Shown here: one piece after another, positions 12,467 through 25,600 of the stretch
How positions within the stretch are numbered: the first letter of the stretch is position 1
Layout of the letters: each line of letters begins with the position of its first letter
Assembly (NCBI GenBank): GCA_038087875.1
Contig: CM075989.1
Span: forward strand, 23,376,001 to 23,440,000
Direction of reading: 5' to 3'
Source: Malacoraja senta
Taxonomy: Eukaryota
Length of the DNA: 64,000 bases
Program-made: the position numbers and the translations under genes
Notes under the pieces: model-generated
Told to the model about the DNA's origin: nothing
The model's input: only the letters and a program-made list of their open reading frames with translations
Databases searched by the model: none

Positions 12467-12975
12467 TGATAGACACAAAAAGCTGGAGTAACTCAGCGGG
12501 ACAGGCAGCATCTCTGGAGAGAAGGAATGGGTGATGTTTCGAGTCGAGACCCTTCTTCAGACTGAGAAACAGGGGAGAGGGAAACGAGAGATATAGACGG
12601 TGATGTAGAGAGATATAGAACAAAATGAAAGAAAGATATGCAAAAAAATTCCCGATGATAAAGAAAGCAGGCCATTGTTAAATGTGGACTAGGTTAAAAC
12701 AAGTAAGAGACAATGAGATTCAACAAGGTGACTTTGAACCTAGTACAATGACTAGGGCGGGGGAGGGATGGAGATAGAGGGGATGAAAGGGTTACTTGAA
12801 GTTAGAGAAATCAAGAATCATACCGCTGGGCTGTAGGCTGCCCAAACAAAATATGAGGTGCTGTTACTCCAATTTGCATTTGGCCTCACACTGACAATGG
12901 AAGAGGCCCAGGACAGAAAGGTCAGTGTGGGAATGGGAAGGGGAATTAAAGTGTTTGGCGACTGGGAGATCAGGA
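12467..12975 (-). mobile_element. Penelope-like element 3' end (GIY-YIG C-terminus plus terminal repeat)
   Basis: Minus translation PDLPVAKHFNSPSHSHTDLSVLGLFHC..KLE*QHLIFCLGSLQPSGM..DFSNFK*, followed by the terminal repeat. Confidence 0.88.
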
Positions 12976-13335
12976 CTCGGGATACATACACTGGCTCCAG
13001 AACTCAGAGCCGCAGGCTGAAAGCCCAGGTGAGATTGCCGTCGCTAAACTACATCTGACAGCTTAAATACTTGTGCACATGTGCAAGCATTTATGTACTG
13101 AATAGAACGGTTGGTGCAAAGGTAATCCATTAAAAGCATAGATGGTGTATCTTCCCACAACATCTGGGACCTGTTTAACAGCACGTAGCAGCTACTGTAC
13201 TTACTCAGGAAAATATAAACAAAAGATTTCTGATCCTAATTAAAGTCAGAACCTGAGAACACCAGATGGTCGAGACACAAGGAACTGCAGATGCTGGTTT
13301 ACCCAAAAAAAACACACAAAGTGCCTGGAGTAATC

Positions 13336-13608
13336 GGGCGGCACGGTGGCGCAGCAGTAGAGTTGCTGCCTCACAGCGCCAGAGACCCGGGTTCAATCCT
13401 GACCGCGAGTGCTGTCTGTACGGAGTCTGTACGTTTTCCCCGTGACCTGCGTGGGTTTTCTCCGGGTGCTCCGGTTTCCTCCCACACTCCAAAGACGCAC
13501 AGGTTTATAGGTTGATTTTCTTCGGTAAAGTTGCAAATTGTCTCTGGTGTGCAGGATAGTGCTAGTGTACGGGACGATCGCTGGTCGGCGCGGACTCGGT
13601 GGGCTGAA
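13336..13608 (+). mobile_element. tRNA-derived SINE nested in a PLE repeat
   Basis: A-box/B-box head gggcggcacggtggcgcagc..ggttcaatcc. Confidence 0.87.
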
Positions 13609-14486
13609 GGGGGGGATGGGATGGGGGTGGGGGGGGGGGGGGGTGGATAGAGGTGTTATTCTAACACATTGTGTTCTACACAACACCAGCATCTGCAGTT
13701 CCTTGTGTTTCTAAAGATCGGGTAATCTGTATTTGCCAATCTGTAATCATCTCAAACGCCCTGTCTTCTGGTTTCTGAAGAAGGATCCTGACGTGAAAAG
13801 TCACCCATCCTTGTACTCCAGAGATGCTACCTGACCTGCCGAGTTACTCCAGCTCCAGTGTATTGACCAGCATCTGCAGTTCCACGTTGCTAGCAAGTCA
13901 CTAAGCATTTTTGCTCACAGAAATGGCTTTGTGCTTCATTCCACACGACTGACCCCAATCCAACAGCTTCTCTGGGTCACAGTCGGAATTCACCAGATCG
14001 GAGCACACAAACGGTTCTTCTGCCAACTTATTTCACGCAAATCAATGAGCACGTGGCCAAATGTGAGTGAGGACCATCACCCGTCCCCTCAGCCACTGCT
14101 CTACGATACAGCAACACTCCGCTCAGTCCACACACTCATTCCATATTATTTTCTCAAAAAATTCCTTCAGGTTAGACAAACACGGCTCACAAAGGACCAA
14201 TCATCTTTGCCTTTCCAGCATTTATTTGAAGTCTAATTGCCACCTTCAGTAATTCTCTTGCTGTTGACACAAGACTTGCAAATCTGTTCCTTTCCTCCCC
14301 TCCCCCCTCCTTTTCTGGAACAGAGCCCCGATATAATATTTATTTCCTTGGCGCAGTTCCCACGTCCAAAGAATTGAGAAACAAGACGATTATATCTCGT
14401 TGCCTTCTCACTAACCTCCTGCAGAACCCCCGCGCAGATTTGGGCCTCACTTAGTGCGGCGATTGGTGCCTTAATACTTATAGCTG

Positions 14487-15168
14487 GTGACCCCATACAC
14501 TAGTGACCCCGTACACTAGTGATCCCGTACACTAGTGATCCCGTACACTAGTGACCCCGTACACTAGTGATCCCGTACACTAGTGACCCCGTACACTAAT
14601 GACCCCGTACACTAATGACCCCGTACACTAATGACCCCGTACACTAATGACCCCGTACACTAGTGACCCCGTACACTAGTGACCCCGTACACTAGTGACC
14701 CCGTACACTAGTGACCCCGTACACTAGTGACCCCGTACACTAGTGACCCCGTACACTAGTGACCCCGTACACTAGTGACCCCGTACACTAGTAATCCCGT
14801 ACACTAGTGACCCCGTACACTATTACACTAGTGACCCCGTACACTAATGACCCCGTACACTAGTGACCCCGTACACTAGTGACCCCGTACACTAGTGACC
14901 CCGTACACTAGTAATCCCGTACACTAGTGACCCCGTACACTAGTAATCCCGTACACTAATGACCCCGTACACTATTACACTAGTGACCCTGTACACTAAT
15001 GACCCCGTGCACTCGTGACCCCGTACACTAATGACCCCGTACACTAATGACCCCGTACACTAGTGACCCCGTACACTAGTGACCCCGTACACTAGTGACC
15101 CCGTACACTAGTGACCACGTACACTATTACACTAGTGACCACGTACACTAGTGACCACGTACACTAGT
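14487..15168. repeat. 16-bp minisatellite (tagtgaccccgtacac)n, ~42 copies
   Basis: Direct tandem repeat with period 16 (e.g. 14501 and 14517); variants taatgacccc and acactatt inserts. Confidence 0.97.
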
Positions 15169-15207
15169 TCTATCCTACATACCTAGCCTAGGTGATGTGT
15201 CGGGTTA

Positions 15208-15592
15208 GACATAGAAATTAGGTGCAGGAGTAGGCCATTCGGCCCTTCGAGCCTGCACCGCCATTCAATATGATCATGGCTGATCATCCAACTCAGTATC
15301 CCGTACCTGCCTTCTCTCCATACCCTCTGATCCCTTTAGCCACAAGGGCCACATCTAACTCCCTCTTAAATATAGCCAATGAACTGGCCTCGACTACCCT
15401 CTGTGGCAGAGAGTTCCAGAGATTCACCACTCTCTGTGTGAAAAAAGTTCTTCTCATCTCGGTTTTAAAGGATTTCCCCCTTATCCTTAAGCTGTGACCC
15501 CTTGTCCTGGACTTCCCCAACATCGGGAGCAATCTTCCTGCATCTAGCCTGTCCAACCCCTTAAGAATTTTGTAAGTTTCTATAAGATCCCC
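15208..15592 (-). mobile_element. Young CR1 3' end
   Basis: ORF 15293-15556 matches that of 5619-5963. Confidence 0.92.
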
Positions 15593-15671
15593 TTTGAGAC
15601 CCTTCTTCAGTCATGACCTGAAACATCACCCATTCCTTCTCTCCAAAGATGCTGACTGTCCCACTAAGTTA

Positions 15672-15932
15672 GAATCATAGAAAATAGGTGCAAGAGCAGG
15701 CCAATCGGCCCTTCGAGCCAGCACCGCCATTCAATCTGATCATGACTGATCATCCAAAATCAGTACCCCGTTCCTGCTTTCTCCCCATATCCCATGTTTC
15801 CTTTAGCCCTAAGAGCTAAATCTAACTCGCTCTTGAAAACATCCAGTGAATTTGCATCCACTGCCTTCTGTGGCAGAGAATTCCACAGATTCACAACTCT
15901 CTGGGTGAACAGGTTTTTCCTCATCTCAGTCC
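15672..15932 (-). mobile_element. CR1 3' end (second subfamily)
   Basis: RTEMRKNLFTQRVVNLWNSLPQKAV; similar copies at 20305-20535 and 63435-63610. Confidence 0.85.
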
Positions 15933-16279
15933 TCCAGCAGTTACTCCAGCATTTTGTGCCTATCTTCGGTTTAAACCTGCATCTGCAGTTGCTTCCTACA
16001 CATTTCATCTGCAGTTCCTCGCTACACATTGCCACGTTCGACCCTGGATAGAACTCCCATTTGTGTTTAATATCAGCTGGCTGCTGTTTGAAGTAAATTA
16101 GACTATTTACAGTGACCTTTGCCAATTTAGAACTCTGTTTGCACAAGACCCAATGATGTTGACATTACTCATCCTCAATATTGGTATAAATGTAAAACTT
16201 GTCACTTTCAATGGAATGAAGGAAAGTAAACCTTGTACATAGCAAACTAATGAAAGTAACGTTGTTGTTCATTTTCAAT

Positions 16280-16580
16280 TTCAGTTTAGTCTAGTCTAGA
16301 GATACAGCGTGGAAACAGGCCCTTCGGCCCACCGAGTCTGCACTGACCAACTCGTGCACTAGTTCTACCCCACACACGAGGGATAATCATCAGAAGCCAA
16401 TTAACCTACAAACCTGCATGTCTTTGGGATGTGGGAGGAAACCGGAGCACCCGGAGAAAACCCACACAGTCACAGGGAGAAGGCATAAACTCCGTACAGA
16501 CAGCACCCGTAGTCAGGATCAAACCAAGGTCTCTGGCGCTGTGAGGCAGCTACTCTACCGCTGCCACACCGTGCCGCCCG
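16280..16580 (-). mobile_element. tRNA-derived SINE (HE1-like)
   Basis: SINE consensus on the minus strand. Confidence 0.88.
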
Positions 16581-16624
16581 CATTTAAAGAGAGATTTAAA
16601 GCAAGTTACTTAAAATTGCTCAAG

Positions 16625-16918
16625 AATAGAATAGAAACTTTATTTGCCACACGACCAGGGTTGGTGGTAATTGGGTTCGGTACATGATGGTACACTGCTT
16701 TAGCACATTAACACTAACAACAATAATAATAAAGCACATCACAAATCACAAATCTCACCAACAATACATAGTGCAAAAAAAAGACAAAAACCATAGACGA
16801 CACTGTATACATCAAAGTCAAAAAGTTATTAAGTTATTGGAGGGAATTAAGTGTTCTTATTGCTGAGGGGAAGAAACTGTTTTTAAAACGGGTGGATTTT
16901 GTAGCAAGCGACCTCTAT
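16625..16918 (-). mobile_element. Rex1/Babar-type LINE 3' end
   Basis: Minus translation RSLATKSTRFKNSFFPSAIRTLN followed by a 3'UTR. Confidence 0.65.
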
Positions 16919-18689
16919 GCATGGAACAAGTTCTTAACATGCTCAGTTTTGAGGTGGGTGGTGAGGAATGGAGGGCTGGGAGAGGGGAAGGGGAAAGTAC
17001 TTACAATGAGTCAGGTCTGTTACCACGCGGTCACGGGGAGAACGTACAAACTCCGCACAGACAGCACCCGTCGTCAGGATGGAACTATACCCGCTGCACC
17101 ACCGTGCCGCCCTCAATGAAAGCACGGTTTAATGCGAGTTAATTAAAATCTCCTCTGAATCTATGCACCTCTCAGCTGAGGCGTCAGGTTAACTTCTGTG
17201 TTGGTCAAGAGGCGATCAAGCTTAAGAAAGCAACATTAGGTTGAGCTTAGCTGATTGTAAGTGCTGTCCCTCCTCCGCATCTAAAGAACAGACTTGTTAC
17301 TCTCAAGTACTGCACATTTTGTCCAGCTCTCGCTATTCTGGGAAACGGAGGAAGCAGAGAAACTTGAAACAAAGACTTTTCTTTAGCACAAACACCACAC
17401 GACTGCTTATGGAAGGAGGCCTGTGGCAGAGGAAACTTAATGAGAGACCAGATCAAGTGAACTCCCCTGTGTGTGTGTGTGTGATGATCAGTTGGAAAAA
17501 GGAAGAATTAATGAGGAAGGATGAGGGGCTTAGATTTAAGTCACTAGTGATTTACTTGTCACTGAAGTGTCTGAATACTTCTTCAGGCAACAAAGGGCAT
17601 CAGGTCAGGTACTTCACAGTCAAAAGCAACATTCAACATTGGTGGTGAATCCGTGGAATGCATTGCCACAGAAGGCCAAGTCAATGGATATTTTTGTTAA
17701 GGCAGAGACAGACACACACACACAGACTCGCGCACACATTCGTGCTCAAGCACACCACTGTTAGACTCCAAAGATTCTTATTGCATCTTGAAATACTATT
17801 TACTTTTCTCCTTTGATCTTTTTCACTTATTTTGCCACCTACAGAACACTATTGACGATGATAATTGAGACATGGGACACATTTCCAAGTCACGATAGTG
17901 TGTGGTTTGGAGAGAAACCAGCAGGCTGTGGTCTCTGCATCGGCCCTGTGCATGGGACTTGGGACTGCTGCCCGGGAACCCTGGCAGATTGCCACACGGC
18001 AACTGGAGATAACACACACAACTGCCTCCTGTGCCAGTACAGGGTGGCGTGGAATTATAAACCAGTTTAGCTGCCGTCAGGTTGGAGGCTTTGTTCTTGA
18101 CGATTGTGGGCCAGGTGAGCAATGCCCAAACCCATGGTGTATAGAGTACTCCATCATACGACTGACGCTTACTTTGAACATCTTGGAAAGACGGGGACAG
18201 GGGGGGGAGAGTCACTTGGATGGGGCCCAGTTTAACAACTCCGGTGGTTGCACAGTCAAGGAACACACAATGAATGCACAATGAAATTCCAGATTCAGGG
18301 AATTGTATCTTCCCAGCTGTTATCAGGCAACTGAACCATCCTACCACAACTAGAGAGCAGTCCTGAACTACTATCCACCTCATCGGATTGTCTTTGATCA
18401 GACTTTATTGGCCACACCTTGCACTAAATGTTATTTGCTTATCATAGGGGGAGGAAAACTACCCTTTTTACACAGCTTTATCAACCCTACTTATTACTGA
18501 GTGTTTCTGAACTGTGGTTACTGATATAACATAAGAAATATAGCAGGTAGACAAAAAATGCTGGAGAAACGCAGCGGGTGAGGCAGCATCTATGGAGCGA
18601 AGGAATAGGCGACATTTCGGGTCGAGACCCTTCCCCCCCGTAACTCCCCAGAAGTGTTTATTCTTCATCATTGGAGATGTTCAGAGCTT

Positions 18690-18875
18690 ATTTGATGTCG
18701 TGTTTAATAGCCTGATGGCTGTGGGGAAGAAGCTGTTCCTGAACCTGGATGTTACAGATTTCAGACTCCTGTACCTTCTTCCCGATGGCAGTGGTGAAAT
18801 GAGTGTGTGGCCAGGATGGTGTGGGTCTCTGATGTAGGCTGCCTTTTTGAGGCAGCCACTGCGATAGATCCCTCT
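18690..18875 (-). mobile_element. Rex1/Babar-type RT C-terminal fragment
   Basis: Minus translation DPHHPGHTLISPLPSGRRYRSLKSVTSRFRNSFFPTAIRLLN. Confidence 0.8.
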
Positions 18876-19290
18876 ATGCTAAATTCTAATCATAATATTT
18901 ACTCTTAATATATATATAATTTCCTTGGTCCATTTAAAGAATTTAATACTATTAAATCAGAGAACACTCATCACACAGGGAGTTCATTCAGCTCATCAAA
19001 TCTTTAAGCTTTTTAAAGTTCACCGGTTTGAAATAAAAGCAGAACATGTTGGATACACAGCAGTTTCCATATGCACACTATTCCCTGTAAATAAAAACCT
19101 GCCCCGCACATCCCCTTTACACTTTGCCACTCTCACCTGGAAGTTATGCCCTCAAGTCTTTGATAGTAGACCACACCCATGGCTATGTGGAGGAAGGAAG
19201 TCAGATGCTGATTTAAACCGAAGACAGACACAAAAAGCTGGAGTAACTCAGCGGGTCAGGCAGCATCTCTGGAGAAAAAAAAGAATAGGT

Positions 19291-19940
19291 CAGGGGTGGG
19301 GAACCTGCGGCCTTCGAGGCCATTATGTGCGGCCTTTTGGATGAATCCAAATTTTGTAGAACAAATCCTTTTATTTTTATTAATATGTTTTTGTTCGTCT
19401 TTTATTGTTTTTATTTTAATCTTAAAATGAACGTATTTAAAATACCAAAGAGCAAAAGAAGATTCCACAAAATAATCCTCCCCGACTGACGGCCACAATT
19501 AAAACATTAGTAAGTCATGAGGGCTACTTTAACACCTGTTATGCTCATGATTTAGTTCTAATGAGACTCCAGAATGAACGTTAACTTTGACATGCACGGA
19601 AAATGCTTTCTTGCTTTTCAACCACTTATTGCTGCGAATCTACATTCTCCTACCTAATCCAAATCAAGATGCCCTTAAGGTCACAAATGACGGCTATCCA
19701 TCTAGAAGATCAGCTGAAACATTACCTCCATATTACAACCAAATATTCAAATGCTTTCCCACAAAAAGCAGTCACAACAAAGTCATTAAAAGCTTTCTTG
19801 AAGTTTGTACATAGTAGTTAGATTTTTATAAAATAATGTACATTTTGAAGTATATCTAATTGAAGTTTCTTGGATGCGGCCTTATTAGATTACAGCTAAC
19901 TCAATGTGTCATTTCAACAGGAAAAGGTTCCCCACCCCTG
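19291..19940 (+). mobile_element. Non-autonomous hAT (Charlie/Buster-like) element inserted in a PLE repeat
   Basis: TIR caggggtggggaacct/aggttccccacccctg; 8-bp TSD gaataggt; remnant FSTTYCCESTFSYLIQIK..RSQMT..HL resembles the hAT dimerisation domain. Confidence 0.92.
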
Positions 19941-21060
19941 GAATAGGTGATGTTTTGGGTCGAGACGCTTCTTCAGAAGGGTCACCAATTCCTTCTCTGC
20001 AGATATGCTCTCTGACCCGCTGAGTTACTCCAGCTCTTTGTGTCTTATCTTTTGGCTTTGACGCACTAATGGCATCCGCCAGTGAAGTGGTTACATGGAC
20101 TGCACTATTTACAGCACTCTGTCCAGCAACATTTCCAAGGTCCTCCTTAAATAGACATGTTCAGAGCTGGTGGGACAAGCAGGGATGGTGCTGCACGTTG
20201 TGACAACGTCAAGGTTGAACTAAGAGCGAGAACTTTGGTGGGACTACCCCCTCCCCCCTTCTTCTCCATAACTTCCTGGCAGAGGACTGACCATTAAAGA
20301 GGAGATACATAGAAAATAGGTGCAGGAGTAGGCCATTCGGCCCTTCGAGCCATTCAATATGATCATGGCTGATCATCCACAATCAGTACCCCATTCCTGT
20401 TTTCTCCCCATATCCCTCGATTCCGTTAGCTCCAAGAGCTAAATCTAACTCTCTCTTGAAAACATCCAATGAATTGGCGTCCATTGCCTTCTGTGGCAGA
20501 GTATTCGACAGATTCACAACTCTCTGGGTGAAAAAGAAGCTACCAACAGACATGAAAAGTCATGTTGCAATGTTAACTCCGACCCACTGCTAATAAATGA
20601 GGACACACAACATTCAGGATTGTTCAAGGAATCAATAGTATTCATTTTTGGGAAGTCTGTTTTCCAATTTTCTTCTAATACACAATCTGACATTTTCTCA
20701 TCAAAAGGATAACTTGGCAGCAGCTGAACTTGGTAGGAGCTCTTAACTCTGCTGAACAGAAATGCAAATTGATCTTAATAGAAAGTTGTTTATTTTTATT
20801 TAATTTTATTCAGAAACAGAACAAATACTTTAATGGCCTTTGGAAAGTACAACCAAAACCCCCCACTTGTATAGCCGTAATATGATCCTATCAGAAAGCG
20901 CAGATTATGTACACTATTGAATACAGAACATTCTTTAGGCTGGCTAATTCTATGCAAGAATAAATTTACATTTATTCAGCAAGTCTGTAGCACTTCATAA
21001 TCAACAAGTTACTTTATAAATGTCAGTATTGTTGCTCTGTGGAGACTTCCTTAGCCAACA

Positions 21061-21410
21061 AGTTCAGTTTAGAGATACAGCACGGAAACAGCCCCATAGC
21101 CCACCGAGTCCACGCCCACCAGCGATCCCCACACACTAACACTATCCTACACACACACGGGACAATTTTTACATTTATACCAAGCCAATTAACCTACAAA
21201 CCTTTGGGAGTGTGGGAGGACACTGAAGATCTTGGAGAAAACACACGCAGGTCACGCGAACATACAAACTCCGTACAGACAGCACCCGTAGCACAATGTA
21301 AAAATAGTCCCTAGTGTGTGTAGGATCGTGTTAGTGTGCGGGGATCGCAGGTCCGCGCTGACCCGGTGGGCCGAAGGGCCTGTTTCCGCACTGTATCTCT
21401 AAACTAAACG
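21061..21410. mobile_element. Inverted SINE pair (minus 21061-21290, plus 21297-21410)
   Basis: SINE 3' halves in opposite orientation. Confidence 0.82.
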
Positions 21411-21612
21411 AAGGGCCAAATGGCCTACTCCTGCACCTATTGTCTATTGAAAGAAGATGGATCTGGTAGGCAAGAAAAAAGGAATATCCCAAGGAATTCT
21501 ACAGGTATATTTAGAATAAAAGGGTTGCCAGGAAGAGAACAGGTCCCCTTCAATTTGAGCATTGCCATCTCTGTGTGGAGCCACGGGAGATGGGCGAGAT
21601 TTTTAATATATA

Positions 21613-21965
21613 CTAGACGAAGTGCAGACCCGTCGGGTCTGGACCCCGAACGTGCTTCAGCGAAAGGAAAAAAATGCCGGCGTTTTTGGAGCAGAGCCGG
21701 GCGGGAGCAGCCGTTGTGGTGGCTGGCCAGCAGGAGGAGACAAAATGAGTGAGGGGGGGGGGGGGTGTGGGATGGATTTTATTTTAAAAAGTGAACATAA
21801 AAATGTCTAAATCTAATAAGGAGCGTGTTAGGGTATGTAAAAATGTAATGTCTAGCGAAATGGAAAAAATCGTGGAGTTTTCGCGTGTGGTCTTGGCGGA
21901 GCAAGGAATCAAAGGCCAAATCTGACACAAACACACACACCCACACACAGAGTTTTAATAGTATA
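21613..21965 (-). mobile_element. Non-autonomous Helitron 1
   Basis: On minus: hairpin cagacccg-a-cgggtctg, then CTAG 3' end; other end reads tatactattaaaactc. Confidence 0.75.
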
Positions 21966-22428
21966 CTAGACCAAGTGCAGACCCGTTGGGTCTGGTCCCC
22001 GAAAGTGCTTCACACCCCGGGGTGTTGTTCCCGAAGGTGCTTCAGACCCCGGGGTGAAAATGTGCGAAAAAAAGATGGCGTCGTTTTTGGAAAAAATCAT
22101 AGAAAATCGGGGGGAAAATGATGGCGTCGTTTTCGGAGAAAATCGGCGAAAAAAAGATGGCGTCGTTTTCGGAGAAAATCGGAGACAATCGGAGAAAATC
22201 GCGTGGGGGTGGGGATGGATGTTATTAAAAAACGTGTACATAAACACGACCGAATTTAATCAGGAGTGGCTATTCGTAAAGATAAATATCATCTCTTTGG
22301 AAATGGTTAAAAATATGGGCCTTTCCGCGCTGAGTGGGCCAGGGGCGGTATCAAAGGGGATGTGGTGAAAGTCAGGCGGACACAAGTCAGGCAGACACAA
22401 GTCAGGCAGCCACAGAGTTTTATAGATA
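21966..22428 (-). mobile_element. Non-autonomous Helitron 2, head-to-tail with Helitron 1
   Basis: Same ctag..agtgcagacccg..gggtctgg terminus; internal repeats gatggcgtcgttttcggagaaaatc; far end cacagagtttt runs into (TA)n. Confidence 0.75.
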
Positions 22429-22455
22429 TATATATATATATATATATAGATAGAT

Positions 22456-22520
<65 letters not shown>
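22421..22520. repeat. (TA)n microsatellite with taga/tg variants
   Basis: Directly visible. Confidence 0.97.
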
Positions 22521-22521
<1 letters not shown>

Positions 22522-22608
22522 ATTACTCATCAGTTTTTACTTTGGGGAAGATAATGAAAGCTAAGGTGCGGAGGCAAGTGAGTTATGATGTGATAAAGTT
22601 TGACACAA

Positions 22609-22644
22609 AGGTCTGAAGAAGGGTCCCGACCCGAAACGTCGCCT
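22609..22644 (+). ncRNA. Minimal hammerhead ribozyme motif in a PLE terminal repeat (best copy)
   Basis: Stem I AGGU/GCCU; CUGAAGA plus an extra A; stem II GGGU-CCCG-ACCC; GAAA; palindromic ACGU; GUC site at 22638-22640. Confidence 0.72.
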
Positions 22645-25600
22645 ATTCCTTCGCTCCAAAGATGCTGCCTCACCCGCTGGGTTTCTCCAGCACTTTTGTC
22701 TACCTTTGATTTTTCCAGCATCTGCAGTTCTTTCTTAAACACAAAGGTCTGGAGTAACTCAACTGGTCAGGCAACATCTTTGGAGAACAAGAATAGGTGA
22801 CAATTTGTGTTGAACTTTCTGCATCCCGTCCCCTCCCCTCTCTTAACCCTCCCCCCTCACTGCAGTGAAGCAGCTAATTGGCAACAAGCTGGCATAAATA
22901 AACCCATGCAAATCTCCAATGGCACTTCCCACAGCTTGCAAACCCTCTGTTGATGTATCCAGCTGGTGGGGCAATGCTTTCTGCCTCATGAACTCGACCC
23001 TTCCTCAGTTTCAGTTCAGTTTATTGTCACGTGTAACCGAGGTACAGTGAAAAGCTTCTGTTGTGTGCTAACCAGGCAGCGGAAAGACAATACATGATTA
23101 CAATCGAGCCATTTACAGTGTACAGACACATGATAAGGGAATAACGTTTGTTGCAAGGTAAAGCCAGCAAAGTCCGATCAAGGATAGTCCGAGGGTCACC
23201 GATGAGGTAGATGACAATTGAGTACTGCTCTCTGGTTGTGGTAGGTTCAGTTGTCTGGGAAGAAACTGTACCTGAATCTGGAACACTATGTCAAAGTCCT
23301 GGAACTTCCAACGGATAACTTTGTGGGAGTATAGATCATAGTGGAGAGAGACCCTCTATCACTTCTCAGGGGGCACCTTGGGATGGGAAATAAACACTAA
23401 CTTTGCAAGCAATAGCCACGTGACATAATTAACTTTTACTAAAAATGTCCCTCAGCAATGTGTAGTGTCAGTCTTCCAATTAGGAATTTCACATGCCGCG
23501 CATTAGCTAATGAAATAGTTATGCATAGCCATAAGCGATGTGGCATTTAAACAGAATACAGCATGATATTGATGATCTTGCATTGTGTGGGATCATGGAA
23601 AGGCCATACCAATTTGCAGGTTGATCTCACACATAAACCACTACACAAATGCAGATTAGGAAAAATCCATTAAAAGTTTGATGCATATTAAAATTACATG
23701 TAGAGGAAAATTATCAAGCAATCTTTCGTAAAATATCAGTTCAATCAGGATTCACGGCAAAGTTCTAGAGAGGACTATGAACCACAGCTTGGTTGGGAAC
23801 CATGACCCCCGACTCGAACTGAAAGGTGAGATGCCAAAAGTTTATGCCTTGCCCTGCAGACAGTACAAACCATTTATCATCTTAAGTTGCCCCTGACGTT
23901 GCTCTATCTGAGGAGACTACTTTAGATACTTTTGAAATGACAGTAGATCCATCCATCACCTCCAGTGCTGGTGTGAGATCTGTCTCTATTGTGTTTCTTA
24001 ATTCACCTGGGTTGAGTTACAGTCTGGGAAAGAATCTATCGTTTGAGGGTTGCTCAACCAATCCCCACACTTTAGGGATTCAGGAAGCTGGAAAGAAATG
24101 GTTACATGGAAGTTCCATTCAGATGGCGGTGCCGATTTTAAGATAAGTCTATAAGCCACTGTTACATTATGTGTGGGAAGGAATTGCAGATGCTGGTTTA
24201 TATCCAATATAGACACAAAGTCCTGGAGTAACACAGCGAGCCAGGCAGCATCTCTGAAGGAAAAAAAGTAGGTGACGTTTTTAAAAAAACCTTCAGACCC
24301 CTTTCTGGGATTGCTGATCCCCTTTCTCTTCCATCCAATGACAAATTGGGACATGGCCTCCTTACTCTTGCGACCAAAATGTGGTATTCATCCACTCATT
24401 CATGTGGAAATTATTTGCTAGTGTTACATTTATTCTGCAAGCTTAAAGTCTTCCTGCATTTTCTCACATGTGTCCTCTGCTACCCGTTCAAATTTGTCAC
24501 AGACCTATTTTTAAAAATATAAGTTTAGTTTGGAGAGACAGCGTGGAAACAGTCCCTTCGGACCACCATGTCTGCGACCAATGATCTATCCAACACATTA
24601 GGGACAATTTACAGAGGCCAATTAACATACAAAGTCGCACATCTTTGGAACGCGAGAGGAATCCGTAGAAAACACACAGGGAGAAGATACAAACTCCGTA
24701 CAGACCACTCTGACCACATGTGTAACACCACATCCTGCCTTTTGCCAGCTTAAATATTTATCAGAGAGGCCGCGTTTTGTAGTCGGCTCCCAATCCCAAC
24801 ACTATGCTCTGGCATTCACCACAAATAGGGTCAACAAACACGGAAATAGATACTTCGGCCTAACTTGTCCATGTTGACCAAGATGCCCAATCTGAGCTGG
24901 TCCCATGTCCCTCCAACCCTGTCCTATCCATGAACATGCCCACGTGTTTGTTTCAATCTATTGTGTAATACTCCAGTGAAGGCCACTTGCAAATATCAAT
25001 ACATTGCACCGTTATTTCATCATCCTGTTCTGCTCTGTTACTTCTAATAACTCATTTTAATTTGTTTTGCATGACCTTTCCCTTTCGAAATCCACACCAA
25101 CTACATTTCCTTACATTCCTAGTTTCTCAACATTTTATCAGGATATCCTCCATGTAAACGGCCAGCACGTCTCCGGGTACAATTCCCTGGATTGACACAA
25201 TCTGACTAATTTAATATGGGATAGACACAAAAAGCTGGAGTAACTCAGCGGGACAGGCAGCATCTCTGGAGAGAAGGAATGGGTGACGTTTCGGGTCGAG
25301 ACCCTTCGTCCTCTGAAGAAGAGTTTCGGCCCCATCTCCTTCACTCCATAGATGCTGCTGCACCCGCTGAGTTTCTCCGGCACTTTTGTCTACCTTCGAT
25401 TCTCCAGCAGCTGCAATTCCTTCTTTAACCCATTCCTTCTCTCCAGAGATGCTGCCTGTCCCACTGAGTTACCCCAGCGTTTTGTGTCTATCTTCTTTAA
25501 TTTAATATAGGAATCATTTCCATACCCATTGCTTGTCCTGCCGTCAGGTTTCCGAATACTTTGATAGCAGGTTGTCAGCGTGCAATAATATGTGAACAGC

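Noticed and set aside
12120..13645. Poly-G/poly-C runs as functional G-quadruplexes
   Set aside because: Homopolymer runs are scattered throughout, often inside repeats, with no evidence of function
13921..14062. Possible plus-strand exon (cacag|...|gtgagt)
   Set aside because: Open frames resemble no protein I recognise, and no partner exons were found
14487..15168. CRISPR-like array
   Set aside because: Contiguous tandem units with no unique spacers, no cas genes, eukaryotic context
17813..18383. Overlapping ORFs of 85-186 aa in unique-looking DNA
   Set aside because: No recognisable domain in any frame and no convincing splice-site pair; one end is LINE-derived
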